NCBI RefSeq assembly: GCF_036321535.1
Contig: NC_087437.1
Coordinates: 116,810,001 to 116,874,000 of the forward strand
Length of the DNA stretch: 64,000 nucleotides
Direction: 5' to 3'
Source of the DNA: Camelus dromedarius
Lineage: Eukaryota
Shown: piece by piece, positions 49,869-63,473 of the stretch
Layout: every line of letters begins with the position of its first letter
How positions within the stretch are numbered: the stretch's first letter is position 1
Made by a program: the position numbers and the translations under genes
The notes under the pieces: generated by a model
What the model saw: only the letters and a program-made list of their open reading frames with translations
The model's database searches: none
What the model was told of the DNA's origin: nothing

Positions 49869-50240
49869 GACTCAGCCATAAAGAAGAATGAAATTTTGCC
49901 ATTTGTGGCAACATGGATGGACTTGGAGGGCATGAAGCTAAGTGAAAAAAAGATAGAGAAAAACAAATACTGTATGAGACCCTTACGTATGGAATCTAAA
50001 AGCTACGACAAACTAGTGAACATAACAAAAAAGAAGCAGGCTCTCAGACCTAGAGAACAACACAGTGCTTAGCAGCAGGGAGAGGCGAGGTGGGGGGCGG
50101 GGGCAAGACAGAGGTAGGGGAGGGAAAAAGGGGGGCTACTGAGGGAATATATCAAATCATATGTGTGAAACTTTTGAAACCTGGAAAGCACTATAGAATT
50201 TAAAGAATCTTTCATTCCATAAAAAAAAAAAAATAGATAA
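49869..50240 (+). mobile_element. L1 3' end fragment
   Basis: ctcagccataaagaagaatgaaattttgccatttg...tatggaatctaaa; poly(A) at ~50221. Confidence 0.85.
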
Positions 50241-50682
50241 ATAAACAGTCCTTTCCAGGGGACTCTAACTAAGGACCCAAGAGCTGGGAAAACGCACCTC
50301 CCCACCAAGTCAGTGTGTCTCCTGTGGGAACACACCTCACACTGATCGATTCAGCTGACCTCAAAAATTCTCTCGGAGAAATAAAAACTAAGCCAAAAGA
50401 GCAGGACTTTGCATGACGCCCAGTTTCACCCACCAGTCAACAGCACACCCTACCTGTGGTCCGAGGGTCCCTGCGGCCTGGAAGGGACAGGCTTCCCGGC
50501 ATCCTCTCGCGCCTCCTGGACACTGGCCCTCTGTGCCTTGGAGACGGCTGGGGTTAGAAGCCCAGTGGGGAGTGAGGAGGAAAGTCAAGCACAGGTGAGT
50601 AAGAGTAACGGATTTCCAGTGTTTTAGGTGAAGTTCACATCCTCTGTGGAGGCGTGTAAGCATTACACAAACGATGCATACA

Positions 50683-51085
50683 GTGTGTGCCTCAGCTCCC
50701 TCCCCAGATTCATACACTGAAGCCCTAACCCCCAGCACCTCAGGAGTTGGCTGTACTTGGAGATGGGGTCTTTATAGAGGTGATTAAGGTAAAATGAGGC
50801 CATTAGCGTGGGCCCTGATCCAACCGAACTGATGTCCTCATCAGCAGAGGAAATTCGGACCCACAGACACCAGGGGCGCCTGCACACACAGGGAGGACCA
50901 CGTGAGGACACAGTGAGAAGGTGAATGACCACCCAGCAGCCAAATTGGGGGCCTCAGGAGAAACCAGCCCAGCCAGCACCTTGACCTTGGATAGTCAGCC
51001 TCCAGAACAGTGAGGAAATAAATTCCTGTTGTCTAAGCCACTCAGTTTCAGGTATTTGGTATGGCAGCCCCGGCTGACTAATACA
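50683..51085 (+). mobile_element. ERVL-MaLR solo LTR (MLT1A/B-like)
   Basis: tgaagccctaaccccca...gaaataaattcctgttgtctaagccac...gactaataca. Confidence 0.85.
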
Positions 51086-53784
51086 GCTAGCACCAGGGAG
51101 CCTGAGGCCAGAGGGCTCCCACCAGCCTGGAGGCCTGGGGCACCTCGTTCCCACCTGGGGTCCTGAAGGCTCTGCCCCCACCACTGGATCCCCAGCACCA
51201 GCTCGAGGCCACAACTCCAGGTCCAGGACCCAGTGGTTAGTACAAAGCCGTGAGGAGAACACTCACCCATGGCGTCACCTCCTCTAGGCAGCCTTCCCTC
51301 ACTGCTGCCGCCCTCCCCTGGGCTGGGCATCCCACAGCCATCCGCCAGGCTCCCAGCGAACCCTAGAGACCCATGTATTGGACCACTTTCAGTACCAGGT
51401 AGTAATTTTCCAATTCGGGCAGCCCAGCCCCAGGAAGCCCCAGTCCTGCGTCTTTTGCTAATCCCTGCATCCTGGCACCTAACTCAGCACCTGGCCTTGA
51501 GTGCACAGAGGTCTTTAGTCCAACAGCTAACAACTGGCTGTGCTGTGCAGGCCGTGGGGAGACAGCAGAATCACACAGGCACCATCCCCGCAGAGCTGAC
51601 AAACTGGGGAGGAGGTGGCCGAGCCCAGAAGCAGACCCACATTGTCCAGCCTGTACCATCAAGGAATGTGTGATGCCCATAGGAGCACAGAGTCAGGCCC
51701 CTGGTCCATTTAGGAGTGCCCCACGGAAGCTACAACCTGTCAGGAAATCAGGACCTAATCAGACGGGGGAGGGAAAAGGGAACAGCATGTGTGATGGCCC
51801 AGAGGTGAGCAACGGCAGTTCCAGAAGCTGGAAGACGGTCAGGATGGCTGCAGGGGAAAGCTCCAGGGGCTGGAGAGGGTGTTTGGGTGGGGATGAAGAG
51901 GCTAGTGAGGCAAAGCCTGAAGCACCTTTGTTAATTAGTGTCAAGGATGTGGGAGTCTACTGAGAAGGGAATGGCCATGGGGAGCAGTCCCTGGGGGTTT
52001 CTGCTGGTTCCTGGCCCTTGGGCCTCACCAGCTAGTGACCTTCAAATGCCATGACCCCAATCCATGGCATCCTGCCCCAAAGGACATCCATGGATGAGAA
52101 AAGATTGGCTCTTCCAAGTTCTCCATCAATCACTGGGTGAGGCTTTGCAGCACAGAGCCTGGCAGAGCCTTCTGAGGGGTTCTTCTAAGAGGTGGGGAGC
52201 GTGAGGCAGGGCCACAGGCTCATGCTGATCTTCAGTGCTTGCAAGAAGTCCAGGAAGGGCAGGAGCTCATCTGATCCATGGTATAATTCCCTGTCCTCTC
52301 CCCTTTGGGGCCTCGTTCTACTCCCCCTCTCCACCTCCCCAAAACAAGAGGATCAGATGGGAACATTAGTCACTTCAGCAGTCACCAGCCCAGTGCTCTG
52401 GAACTGGGGACCCTGGATATTTTGTCAAAAGACAGCCAGTCTTGTCTTTGCTGTGGGAAGACTCCAGCCTGCGGCCTGTGGGGATGAAGACAAGCTTCTG
52501 CTCAAGTGTCAAGTAACAGCACAATCTGGTCCACAGGATATGAAAAATCTGATGGCTTTTTGGATAGGAAGAAATATCACATTACTAGAGTCTGCTTGGC
52601 TGCCAAGAATAGCCAGTCATAGGGGATGATTCATTCCAGAGTCAGGGGGAGCTGGGACAAGGATAACAGAAGCTTTTCAAACAAAAGAAGGAAAAGCCAG
52701 GATAAGAGTTTGGAACATTCTGCTAAAAAAAAAAAAAAAAAAAAAAATAGAGGAAGCGATCATTTCCAAACTGCTCCTGAATGTGTCTGAATTTCTCCAG
52801 TATCTGTAAGAACTCAAGTCTGTGCCCGCCTTCTACAATCTGCACCACTCTGATCAGCGGCAGAGATGTACTTTACAGATTTTCGTGTGTGTGAATGTCA
52901 TCTCTCCTACCGTCATATCAATTGCAGCATATTTTGCAGATATTTTGACATAAAAACACAGTGACTGGCTTTAAGATTTTTTTCAAATCAAGTGATGTAA
53001 AAATATTGAAGGAACATGCTAAGGATTAGTTGGAGTTCTTCTAGGCTGCTGAAGAGACGGAGGAAAAAGTCTGTCTAGAATAAAATTACTCTGCAAAAGT
53101 GTTAAACATTCTGGCAAAATGAGCCCAGCACTGTGCGTGGGGTGAGAGGGCGATGACTAGCTGTTGCTTGACTGAATCAGTGACTCAATCAATTGCAGGC
53201 ACTCAACAAATACTTGTTAAATGGTTAAATGAATGAAAGAAGGGAGTCGGGGGCTAGGAATGGCATATTGAAATTCACATTATAAGGAAACCTCATGATA
53301 AGTCTCATCATTATTGACGCCCTAAGTTCTGAAATGCAGTACCTCCTACATTTTCTTCTCCTTTTTTTCATGAGTTTCTAGCAAATAAAAGAAGACATTC
53401 TTGGGCGCAAAGAATCCCTGGCAATCTGCCTTTGCATGCCTCCTTTCTCTTTGCCGTTCTCTCTGATCATCAGATCTTGGCTTTCGCTTGTCCCCAGAGC
53501 ATGTCTGGACAGCTGCAGGCTCCAACTGCCCGGAAGAAGTCCTCCAGCCAGCAGTCCACAGCATGCCCTGAATCCGGGGAGACCTGTTACCTTACTCAAA
53601 GAGCCTTTTCATTTTATTTCTCCAACTGAATGTGTTCACTCAGGCATCCTCTCTCTCACACACACACATGTACGCACAAGTATGTGAACACATGAACACC
53701 CACTGAAGCACACGTGCACACCTGCACACATGGACCCCATCCGTGGAAACCACGGGCCTCAGCTCTGAAAGCCAGTGAGCCTGA

Positions 53785-53975
53785 GAAACAACAAGGCCCT
53801 GCTGTGGAGCACAGGGAACTACATTCAGTAGCTTGTAATAACCTGCAGGGAAGAGAATCTGAAAAAGAATATATATGTATGTGTAACTGAATCACCATGC
53901 TGTACACCAGAAATTAACACAACGTTGTATATCAACTACACTTCAATAAACACATTTCTTTAATTAAAAAAATTT
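53785..53975 (+). mobile_element. Short L1 3'-end fragment
   Basis: aacaacaaggcc...gcacagggaactacattcag...cttcaataaa. Confidence 0.85.
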
Positions 53976-54477
53976 TTTTCTTAAAGAAGTGTGCCTAAGG
54001 ACCCACCAAGGAGAGCCAGCACCTGAACCGGCACAAGATTTCCTCCCCAGTCAGAGCTCTCCCACTTCCTGTGCTGGGTAGCCACCTGTGCATTCTGAAG
54101 AAGTAGGCTCCAACTCATCTTCCCCATCCCCTGACCCTGGGTCAGCCCTAATTCCCTCTGCGATGAAGTGTGGACCTTTGGAAAACAGTCAACATGAATT
54201 CAGGCCCTGTCCCAAGGCCGGCAGGGCTGGATCTCAGAGGAGCAAAAAATTCCCAAGAGGCTTCCAAGGAAATGTGGTGCATGTGTACAGAGACCTGCAT
54301 TCTGGATGACTCCGGGAGTTCCTTTTTTCTTCCAGAAGTAAAATCCCAGATGATTTGTTGATCGCCAGTGGGAAATGCCAATATCCTGATAAGTGTATTA
54401 GATAGGATTAGTTGATAGGATTAAATCACGCTATGGGAAGAGGAAGGAAGCTTGTTAAACTTTATACACACGTGTTT

Positions 54478-54655
54478 TCTCTCTCTCTCTCTCTTTCCCT
54501 CTGTTTCTCTCTGTCTCTGTATCTCTGTCTTGTATCTCTGTCTCTGTGTCTGTCTGTCTCTGGCTATCTCCCTCTCTCTCTCACACACACAGACAAACAC
54601 ATACACACAAACACACACGCATATACAAACACACACACACATACACACACACACT
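54478..54655. repeat. Degenerate (CT)n followed by (CA)n
   Basis: Seen directly. Confidence 0.92.
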
Positions 54656-55369
54656 CACCGCTGTGTGTCTGACTCAGCTCAACCCTTCAGCCTCCCAGGT
54701 CACTCACACACCAGGCTCCTCCCACCTCCTGAAGCCTCCCTGGGGCAGCCAATCCACAGCTGGCACCACGAACATTCAGAGTACCGGACCACCTATCTCA
54801 GCCCAGACTCTGGCTCCGAGAAGGCCTTGGACAGCATCCCTCGCGTGTGGCTGAGTCAAGGCCACCGTGCAGACGGAGAGGAAGGGATGGGTGGGATGAC
54901 CGGGAGAGGCAGCGGGGGGGGGGGGGGGGGTTCTGGAGTCCCTGGCTCCAGACACCGTGGGGTTGCGGTCTACCGATCAAAGGGAGGAACAGAGGAGGAG
55001 CTGCAGAGGCGGAGGCCAAGACCATTGAGTGCAGTTTGGGGCCTTTGGGGTTAAGAGACGAGCAGAAGGAGGGAAAACCAGCAAAGATTATTAAAAACGA
55101 AGGACCTGGAAAATGTTTCATTCAACAAACATTTGCCCCTCCAGAGCACTTTCTAGTCATCAGGTGATGATTTAGGCCCTGAGACTTCAGCGCAGCAAAA
55201 TAGAGGAATCACATCTTTATGGAGGCGATGTGGGGAGGGAGGGCGCTTTGGGACAAAGGACAAGGTAAATAAAACACAGGGCGCACCAGATGGTAATAGA
55301 GGCCAAAGAGAAAACTCAAGCCGGGAAGGGGAAGAAAGTGCTCAAAGTCATTAAAAACTTAGGTATTGT

Positions 55370-55750
55370 CTATGTTAGCTCCAGCTGCCGTAACAAAGAC
55401 TACAGACCAGGCTGATTAAACACAGAAGTGTATTGGCTCATAGTTCCAGAGGGTGGAAATCCAAGATCAAGGTGCACGCAGGGTTGGGTTCTTCTGAGGC
55501 CTCTTGGATCGTAGACGGTTCTCTTCCCCCTGTGTCCTGACATGGTCATCCCTCTGTGTGTATCTGTGTCCTCATCTCTCTTCTGATAAGGATGCCAGTC
55601 CCAACTGAATTAGGACCCAACCCATTGACCACATTTTAACTTAATTACTTCTTTAAAGACGTGAGCTCCAAGGAAGGTCCCATTCTGAGTTACTGGGGGT
55701 TAGGACTTCAACATCTGGATGGGAGGCTGGGACATAATCCAGCTCATCGC
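55370..55750 (-). mobile_element. ERVL-MaLR solo LTR (MLT1A-like)
   Basis: gctgccgtaacaaagactacagac...ccaagatcaaggtg...ggggttaggacttcaaca. Confidence 0.85.
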
Positions 55751-57479
55751 AGGTGTGGCAGTGGTCGGATGGCTTCTGCTGGTCCCTATAGATTTACTCT
55801 GCAGGCTTTTCCTGCCCGTTCTTTGTCCCAGGACATCAGGGGTGCAGTGCATCAATGCCCGCCCCCCCGTCAGCCTCCATCGGGAGCACAGCAGAAGAGC
55901 ACAGCTGGAGGAGGGTCCTGTGGTGTTTATCCTCCCTGGCCCGTCCCTCCTGGTTTCTTCAGAGATATGCTTCCTCGAGCTCTCTCTCTCCAGGTTCTGC
56001 CGAGGACAAACCTGCTCCCTTCCTTTGGTCCTTTGGACCAAGAGTCCGCAAGGGCTCCCCACATCGCTGGCCCTGGGGTGCTGCACCACCCCACCCCCAA
56101 GTTGGTAAGCAGTCCCTTTTTTAAGTTCTCCTCAAATTACCCAACTCTGGTGGGCCGTCCAACCCATACAGGGGTCAGGGCAGGTCTCCCTGAGAAAGAA
56201 CCAGAGAAATAAAAGGGAAATCAGGGGAAAAAAAAAATGATGTCCCAGAAGCCAAGAGAATTTCAAGAAGGTGGCTGTGAGCTGCAGAGAGCATGAGCCA
56301 GAGAAGAGGCCATGACTAGAGAAGGACTCAGACCCACAGTGGCCGGGGGCCGTGCAGACAGGAGCCTCATCAGAGCCAAGGAAACTCTCGGTTCAGGAGA
56401 AGGGGAGTGAATTTCACGGTAAGAAAGCACACCGCAAGCCTTATCTGCGCTGCAGTCCATGTGTGGCGCGTGAGTCCTTGCTGCCTGGAGCTCTCAGCCT
56501 CCACAGTCCTGCACACCTGGGGACGTGTGCACGTACGAGTATGCACAAGCAAATGAACGGACCATCACCGGGGCCGACCTCTGCAGCGTTTATTCCTTTA
56601 GTAAAGATCTCCCGCTGTGTAGGTCTGTGTCCTCGTCTCTCTTCTTAAAGCCAAACGAGAAATATTCACCTAGCTCTGAAGATAAAGCCTTATTTACTAA
56701 AGCTACACCTCTCCAAAGACATGTTTTATATTATTCCTCGATTTATGATACCATCTCCACATTTTTGGTGCTGAAGTGGTGGAAGACCACACCCCCCCCC
56801 CTTTAAATGTCCTTTCTTTCTTGATAGACTTCATTGAGAGCAAAATTGACTGGAAAGGACAGAGAGTTCCCACGTGCTCCTGTCCCGAGCCATGCACAGC
56901 CTTCTCACCATCAACATCCTGAGCCATTATGTTCATTTTTAAAATGTGTTTTAGTCCATTTAAACAATCATAGGATTTTTCCAATGTCTTTCTGACAACC
57001 AACGGCATTAATATGTGCCTATTATCTAAGAGTTAGAACCAAAAGAGGAAAGACTTTCTGACAAATAGTTCTCAAAGCCAAGAGTTAGGCCCAGGACAGA
57101 GCATCCAGCTCGCTCACTCCGCCCCAGCCATGCTGCCCTGTAAAACCACAGTTGATACTTCCCGTGGTTTCAGCCACTTGCTTTCCAGGGCCTCACAAAA
57201 AAAGCTTCCTTTTTGGACCAGTTCCAAGGGGGAGCATTGGCTTAAGCAAATCTCAGGTTCTAGGTACACCTGGGAGACATTGAGCCAGTAACAGGTGAAG
57301 GCCCTGCCTCCCCATGGAGACAGAAGGAATACAGGACAGGCACATCTTTGTCGAAGTGTAACATTGTCCAGCCACATGCAGAAACAAACTTCTTACCTCA
57401 AAGAAAATTAGAAAAGATTTTTTTAAAACATGGGGATTTTCTAGCTCAACTAGTCAGTCTTCCAACTGCAGCTAAAATT

Positions 57480-58370
57480 AGAGGCCAGCTTCAAAACTGG
57501 ACCAAGAACTTGAATAGGCCTTTCTCCAAAGAAAGTATGCAGAAGGCCAGTGGCACATGAAAAGGCAGGCAACGTCACTCATCATTAGAGAAACGCAAAT
57601 CACACTCTGTGATACCACTTTACATGCATCAGGATGGCAACTGTCAAAAAAGCAAAGCAAACTGACACCTTGTCATTGACTGTACTTCAATATTTTAAAA
57701 ATAGAAAAGAACAAACATCGACAAGGATGTGGAGAAATTGGAACCCTTGTGCATTGCTGCTGGGAATGTTAAATTGTGCAGCTGTTGTGGAAGACAATGT
57801 GGCAGGTCTTCAAAAACTTACACATGATTACCAGATGACTCAGATATTCACTTCTGGGTATATACCCCAAAGAATTGGAAGCGGGACTCAAACAGATGTT
57901 TGTACACCAACGTACACTATTCATAACAACCAAAGGTAGAAATAACCCAAGCATTTATTAATGGAGGAACGGATAAACAAAATGTGGTCTAGCCATACAT
58001 ACAATAGAATAGTATTCAGCCTTAAAAAGAAAGGATACTGTGACACATGCTACAGCATGGATGGACATGAGTGAAAGAAGCCAGACACGAAAGGATAAGT
58101 ACTGTCTGACCCATGTGTGAGTTATGCAGAGCAGTCAAGCCCATAGAGACAGAAAGTAGGTCAGAGGTGACCGGGGGCTGAGACAAGGCAGAGGGGGTGT
58201 CAGCGTTTCATCTGGACAGAGTTTCATCCATGACGATGAAACATTCTGGAGATGGACAGTGGTGATGGCTGCACAACAATGTGAATGTGCTTAATGCCAC
58301 TGAATCGTATACTCAGAAAGGGTAAAATGGTCAATTTGATGTTGAATGTAACTTACCACAATAAAACAAT
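57480..58370 (+). mobile_element. L1MB-type ORF2 3' end and 3' UTR
   Basis: aggatgtggagaaattggaaccc...ggtgatggctgcacaacaatgtgaatgtgcttaatgccactgaa. Confidence 0.88.
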
Positions 58371-59589
58371 TCAACTCTTTTAAAAAAATAGAGATCAGCA
58401 GCATTTTTTGCACCAGGATTTCCTTTAGTCCGTCCCATCAGAGCAGGGAGGGGGCAAGGATGCTCCTGGGTCAGAACCACAGGGGACCATGGCCTCAGGT
58501 GGAGACAGCTCTGGGCGGGAGCTGCAGCCTCTTCCATCCTCTCTTTCCTCTCTCCTGTGCTCATAAGCAAGTAAGTGGTGGGGTCAGCACCCAACCCAGA
58601 GCCCTGGTCCTCACCCTATTCCCCTCCATCCCTGCCCACAGTGGTGCCCACATCCCTCACCACTCCATGTGCCAGGGATCATCTGCTCCGGTCTGGCACA
58701 GACCAGACTCCATCCGTACCCACCTCCTCATTCTTTAGGTGTGAGTCTTTGTTTCAGGCATCTTTGATTTTTCTGCACTAGTAGAAGACGTACCTAAGAA
58801 AGATACTGACAGCCGATAGTATGGAAAGGAAGAAGCATCTTTTTCAAATCGGAAAACAAATTGAAAGGCCTCAAGGTGATGCGTTTTCTGCAGAAACCCA
58901 CTGCAACCTCACGCCTAGACCTCTTTGGCGCTGGGCAGCCTGGCCCCCACAGCCACAGTCCACCCGCAGGTGGAGACGTGCAGGACATGAACGAACAGGG
59001 ATGCAGAGGGCCCTCAGTTCTATTTGACATCATTGGACATTCCACTCGCAGCCCTAATGGAGGTTTGCATTTAAAAGAAAAGCCTCACTCTCAGTTCTGC
59101 AAGGTCCTCCTAGGAATGTTCTAGACAGAAGTGGAGAAGAGTATCTGAATGGTTCAGGACCACACAAGGTCCTGAAGTCCATTTTCCACCCTGAGGCAGG
59201 ATCACGGTGGGAGATGATCACCTCATTTTTAGGGACATCCAGAGGTGGGGAGCCTACCGTCACCGCTCGGACATCACATCCCAGAAGAGTCCTGTCTCGG
59301 TCTCGTCCAAATCCCTCACGCTGCAGGGAAGGGATAGTCTTGCACTCACCTGGCCACGGCCTCCATTTAGCAGCCCCTCACTGTCCCCCAACTCTCCTAC
59401 AGGACAGATGGTTTCACCTCGAATCATCTGACTGACTCACCTCTGAAGCCTGAAGGCACACCAGAGCCTCTCACAGTGGCAAGATTGCCAAGTGTCAGAC
59501 ATGTGAAGACGGGGCGTCGGCCACAGGGCAGGACCGAGATGGGAGGAGGAAGGAGATGAGCGACTGAGAGGCCAGGAGGGCAGTGGGAT

Positions 59590-59775
59590 GGTGGTTCTCC
59601 ATCCTGAGTGGCATCCACACCCCCTGGAGGGCTTGGCAAACCCAGATGTCTGGGCCGCATCTCAGCGTTTCTGGTTCAGGAGGTCTGGGTGGGGCCAGAG
59701 AATCTGCATTTCCGATGACTGCTGGGGGCTGCTGACACTCTCACAGGGTAAGGACACCCTCTTTGGAGAAGCGCA
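59590..59775. mobile_element. MER5A-like (hAT-Charlie)
   Basis: gtggttctcc...aggtctgggtggggccagagaatctgcattt...ctttggagaa. Confidence 0.75.
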
Positions 59776-60811
59776 CAACTAGTCAGTCTTCCAACTGACT
59801 AGTTGGAAGATGAGGACTCAGCATCGTTAACAGCTCCCTCATGTACACGTCTGTCAACTAAAGGCCACCAATTGTGTCTACTCTGGCCCCATGGCTGGAT
59901 CCACAGGACAGCAGGCTTGACTCTCCAGGGAGCGTGTGCCAGGAAGGGTCAGGAAATCCTGTCGGCCATCCAGTTTCCCGAGAAAACCTGGTGTCACCAT
60001 GCTGAGGCAAGAATGCTTAACTACCCGGAACCCACCCCGGTATCACAGGCTTCTCTCCTGGGCCAGGGCGCCCACGCCTTCCGCCCACACAGACAGAGGG
60101 GCAGCCAGATTCTCTGTGACATGGCCACGGCCCCTCGGGGCAGCATTGCAGTTCCCCTGCTTGGCTCAGCATTTGACCCGGGAACCCTAAAACCCATCTC
60201 ATCAGACCCATCCGGGGACCCTGATTTCCTCCGAGTACATACAAGTCATCCTCTCAAAGCCAGTCCTCAGGGACCCAGGGCATTTCCAGACGGGACCCAG
60301 GTGCCCACAGCAGACCTGCCCCTCCACAGCCTCAAGACAGACCCTCCTGGCCCTGCTCCAACACTGCCAAGGTACCCACCGTGGGGTCGGTCCTCCTGTC
60401 AGCCATCTGACTCCCGCTCTGGACCCCATGTCCCAGTGCTCCTGGGGTTTCACTGTTCTGCTCCATGTCTCTGAAAGCTGCCCAGGGCCTGCACCCCTGG
60501 GGAGGCCCCGACCTCCTAATTTACCTTTCATTTGCTCCTCGTGAAACCCTCTACTACAGACCAGCTCATGGCATCAGGTCCCCTTAGCTGCCTGTGATGT
60601 TTTTCTTCTGGTCCCTGACCAGCCTGATTGCCTGTCTCCATGGGTCCAAAACCCTCCCGACCTCCAAGGCTCAGCCTCGAGTCCTCCAAGCACACCTCCC
60701 CCTGAAGACTTTCCAGCCCGCCAAGCATACAAAATACCCCATCCTCCTCTAGTGCCCGTAAAGCAGTAACTGTTCCCCAACTATGACTTCTTATGAGCAA
60801 CATGTAAAATT

Positions 60812-60860
60812 AGATAGATGGATGGATAGATAGATAGATAGATAGGCAGATAGGCAGATA
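60812..60860. repeat. (GATA/GATG)n tetranucleotide repeat
   Basis: Seen directly. Confidence 0.9.
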
Positions 60861-61083
60861 AACATATAGAAACAGAAGCCACTCTTTATTGTTACTTGAA
60901 TGTACGCTTCCCAAACTCATCTTCCCCACCCCACTCTTAACGCCCCAACCTCCCAACCCAGATCCAGAATACCTACCTCCCCCCGACAAGCACTCTGAGC
61001 AACTTGGAATAACTAATCTATATTATAACTATATTAACACAAGTTTCTATCCTATTGTAGTTGCTACTTACATGACGTGTATT

Positions 61084-61537
61084 TGTGGTGGCAGAATACT
61101 GCTCCCCCCACCCCCAAATGATGCCCACGTCCTAATCCGTGGGAACTGTGACCATATTACAACACAGGGCAGCGGGCCTTCGCAGATGTGATCAGGTTGA
61201 GAAGGGGAGGGCGTCCCAGCTGACCCCGCTGGGCCCAGTCTAATCGCATGCGTCCTTGAAAGCTGACACTCTTTCCCAGCTGTGCTCTTGGAGAGACCTA
61301 AGGGTGAGGAAGACGAGTCAGAGGCGGAGGAGGGCCCACCAGCCCAGGAGCCACTAGAAGCCGGAAAATGGCAGAAAACAGAATCTCCAGAAAGAAATAC
61401 ACCCTGTGCTGACACTTCTTTAGAGCAGTGAGACGCTGTCAGACTTGCGACTACCAGACAGTAAGGGAATAAACTTGTGCTGTTTTAAGCCACTGAGTTC
61501 GTAGCAAATTGTCACTGCAGTAACAGGACTAGTGCAA
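61084..61537 (+). mobile_element. ERVL-MaLR solo LTR (MLT1D/E-like)
   Basis: tgtggtggcagaat...cccacgtcctaatcc...aataaacttgtgctgttttaagccact. Confidence 0.85.
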
Positions 61538-63299
61538 CATTACATGGGGTGTGTGTGTGAATGCACACATATCCTTGCTACACCAGAGGCCTCGGGGACG
61601 AGGCGATGTCCAATTTGCCTTTGTGTCCCTTATAGACCCAGAAAGTGCCATCACATAGGGGGCATTCCACCTACATTTGTGTAATTCCACCTAGATATTA
61701 GTACATTTTAAACGACACAGAATATACATCGATCAGGGCCAACATTCATATCTAAGCCCAGAAAATGGGGATGGGATGGGAAGAGGGAATCTGACGTCCT
61801 CAGGGTTATCAGAACTTTTCATCTAGGAAGACTTCAGGGAGGAGCCCTGGCCCGAGTCACGAGACCAGCCTCTCTGGCCTGTAGTTATTTATTAGATAAC
61901 GACAACCTGAGACTCAGGTTGCTGCCAGGGAGGGCCTGGGGCTGCTATGTCTTCTTCTAGAGCCTCCACCTCCCACTGAGCCCACTCCCAGACAGCAACA
62001 GAGGCTGGGAAGCTGCCGGGCTTCAGAAGACAGGGAGGGTCCTACCCTGCCCCCACCAGGCTGAGTCTGTGGTCAGAGAGAAGGGGAATGCCTGGCAGGT
62101 GCTGGAGAGGAGCCTGGGGCAGGGAGGGGAGGGTGTCCTCGGGAGGAGACCCCTGCTGGGGAGCCCTAATGGACAGGACGTGGGGTTGCCTCTGAGTCTG
62201 AGCCCGGTCGTGGACATAGCATCTGATGGCCCAGCCCAAACCAGCTGGGCAGGTGCACGATGTCACCGCAGCTGATGGAAATCGACCTCAGGTCAGGGAT
62301 AAAGGAACACTAAAACAATAAACACAGAGAAAAACGCTTAGGCCAAGGTGATAAGATGGGTGGGTAGTTCCTTGCAGAATTCCTGAAATGTCACAGACAG
62401 CCTTCATCTGATTAACAGCTCTACTTACAGAGCTAGCCAGGGACAGGCAGCAAGGATGCAGAGTTGACACTCCTAATCCAGCAGAAGGAAGAATAACTGA
62501 AGTTTCTTGGGAATAAAATCTAACAGGTGCTTTACATGTACCATGTAATTAAGCTTCACAGCAGCACATGAGGGATCTGGAGGGATGCCCATTTTACGGA
62601 AGAACACAATGAGTCTTCGGATGCTTCAGTAATTTACGCAGGGTCAGGGGTCAAGTACTAACCCTGGGTTATACCCTGGGTGAGCTGCAGGTGCCCGCAT
62701 TGGCCAGGATCTGATCCTTCCCCAGGCAGCTTGACTTCGGGTTTGGGGGGCAGGAGGGTACTGTGTTAAGAACTGGGACTTGGAACCACACTGCCTGGCC
62801 CCTGATTGTTTTTCCTCTCTCTGCCTCAGCGTCCTCAGCTGTAACATGGGGATAAAGCCTGTATCACGGAGTTTGTGAGGAGTCACTGAACTCGCGCGCG
62901 GAAGTCCGGGAGCGAGGACCAGCGCACGGCGCATGCTCGGTATGCGCGGGCTCTTGGATCCACATTCTTTCAGTCCCAACTTGCTTGTTGAGTAGCTTTG
63001 TGACCTTGAGCAACTCACTTTCTTTGCAACCCCGCAGGAAAAAAGATGACCACCTTTCAGGGAGCCAATTGCACAGTTGGTAAATACCCAACTTCCAAGA
63101 AAGGGGATCCCCCAAGGAAGAGAGAACTTCTGGGCCCCTCCTGGGAGTGTCCCGTGCGCAGAATCCTACTTTCTGGCTGTCGGTCTTTGGTTTGTCTGTC
63201 ATTCAGAAGGGCCAGGACTGGGAAAATATTTCATCGCTCCACCTCGTTGCTCAGAAGCTTCTCGTCTGGAGATAATATTTTACAAAGGAAGGGGGCATT

Positions 63300-63473
63300 T
63301 TCTTTTTTTTTTTTAATTGAAGTAGAGTTGATTTACAGTGTTGTGTTAGTTTCAGGTGTACAGCAGAGTGATTCAGTTACACATATATATATTCTTTTTC
63401 AGAGTCTTTTCCATTGTAAGTTATTACAAGACAGTGAACATAGTTCCTCGTGCTGCACAGTAGGTCCCTGTTG
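63300..63473 (-). mobile_element. Short L1 3'-end fragment
   Basis: Poly(T) followed by aattgaagtagagttgatttacagtgttgtgttagtttcaggtgtacagc. TSD-like aggaagg..attt flanks. Confidence 0.88.

Noticed and set aside
59803..60474. Longest ORFs (223 aa here, 220 aa at 48641-49303, 200 aa at 54452-55054)
   Set aside because: No recognisable domain, Pro/Gly/Ser-biased or microsatellite-derived, and partly overlapping repeats. Such ORFs are expected in GC-rich non-coding DNA.
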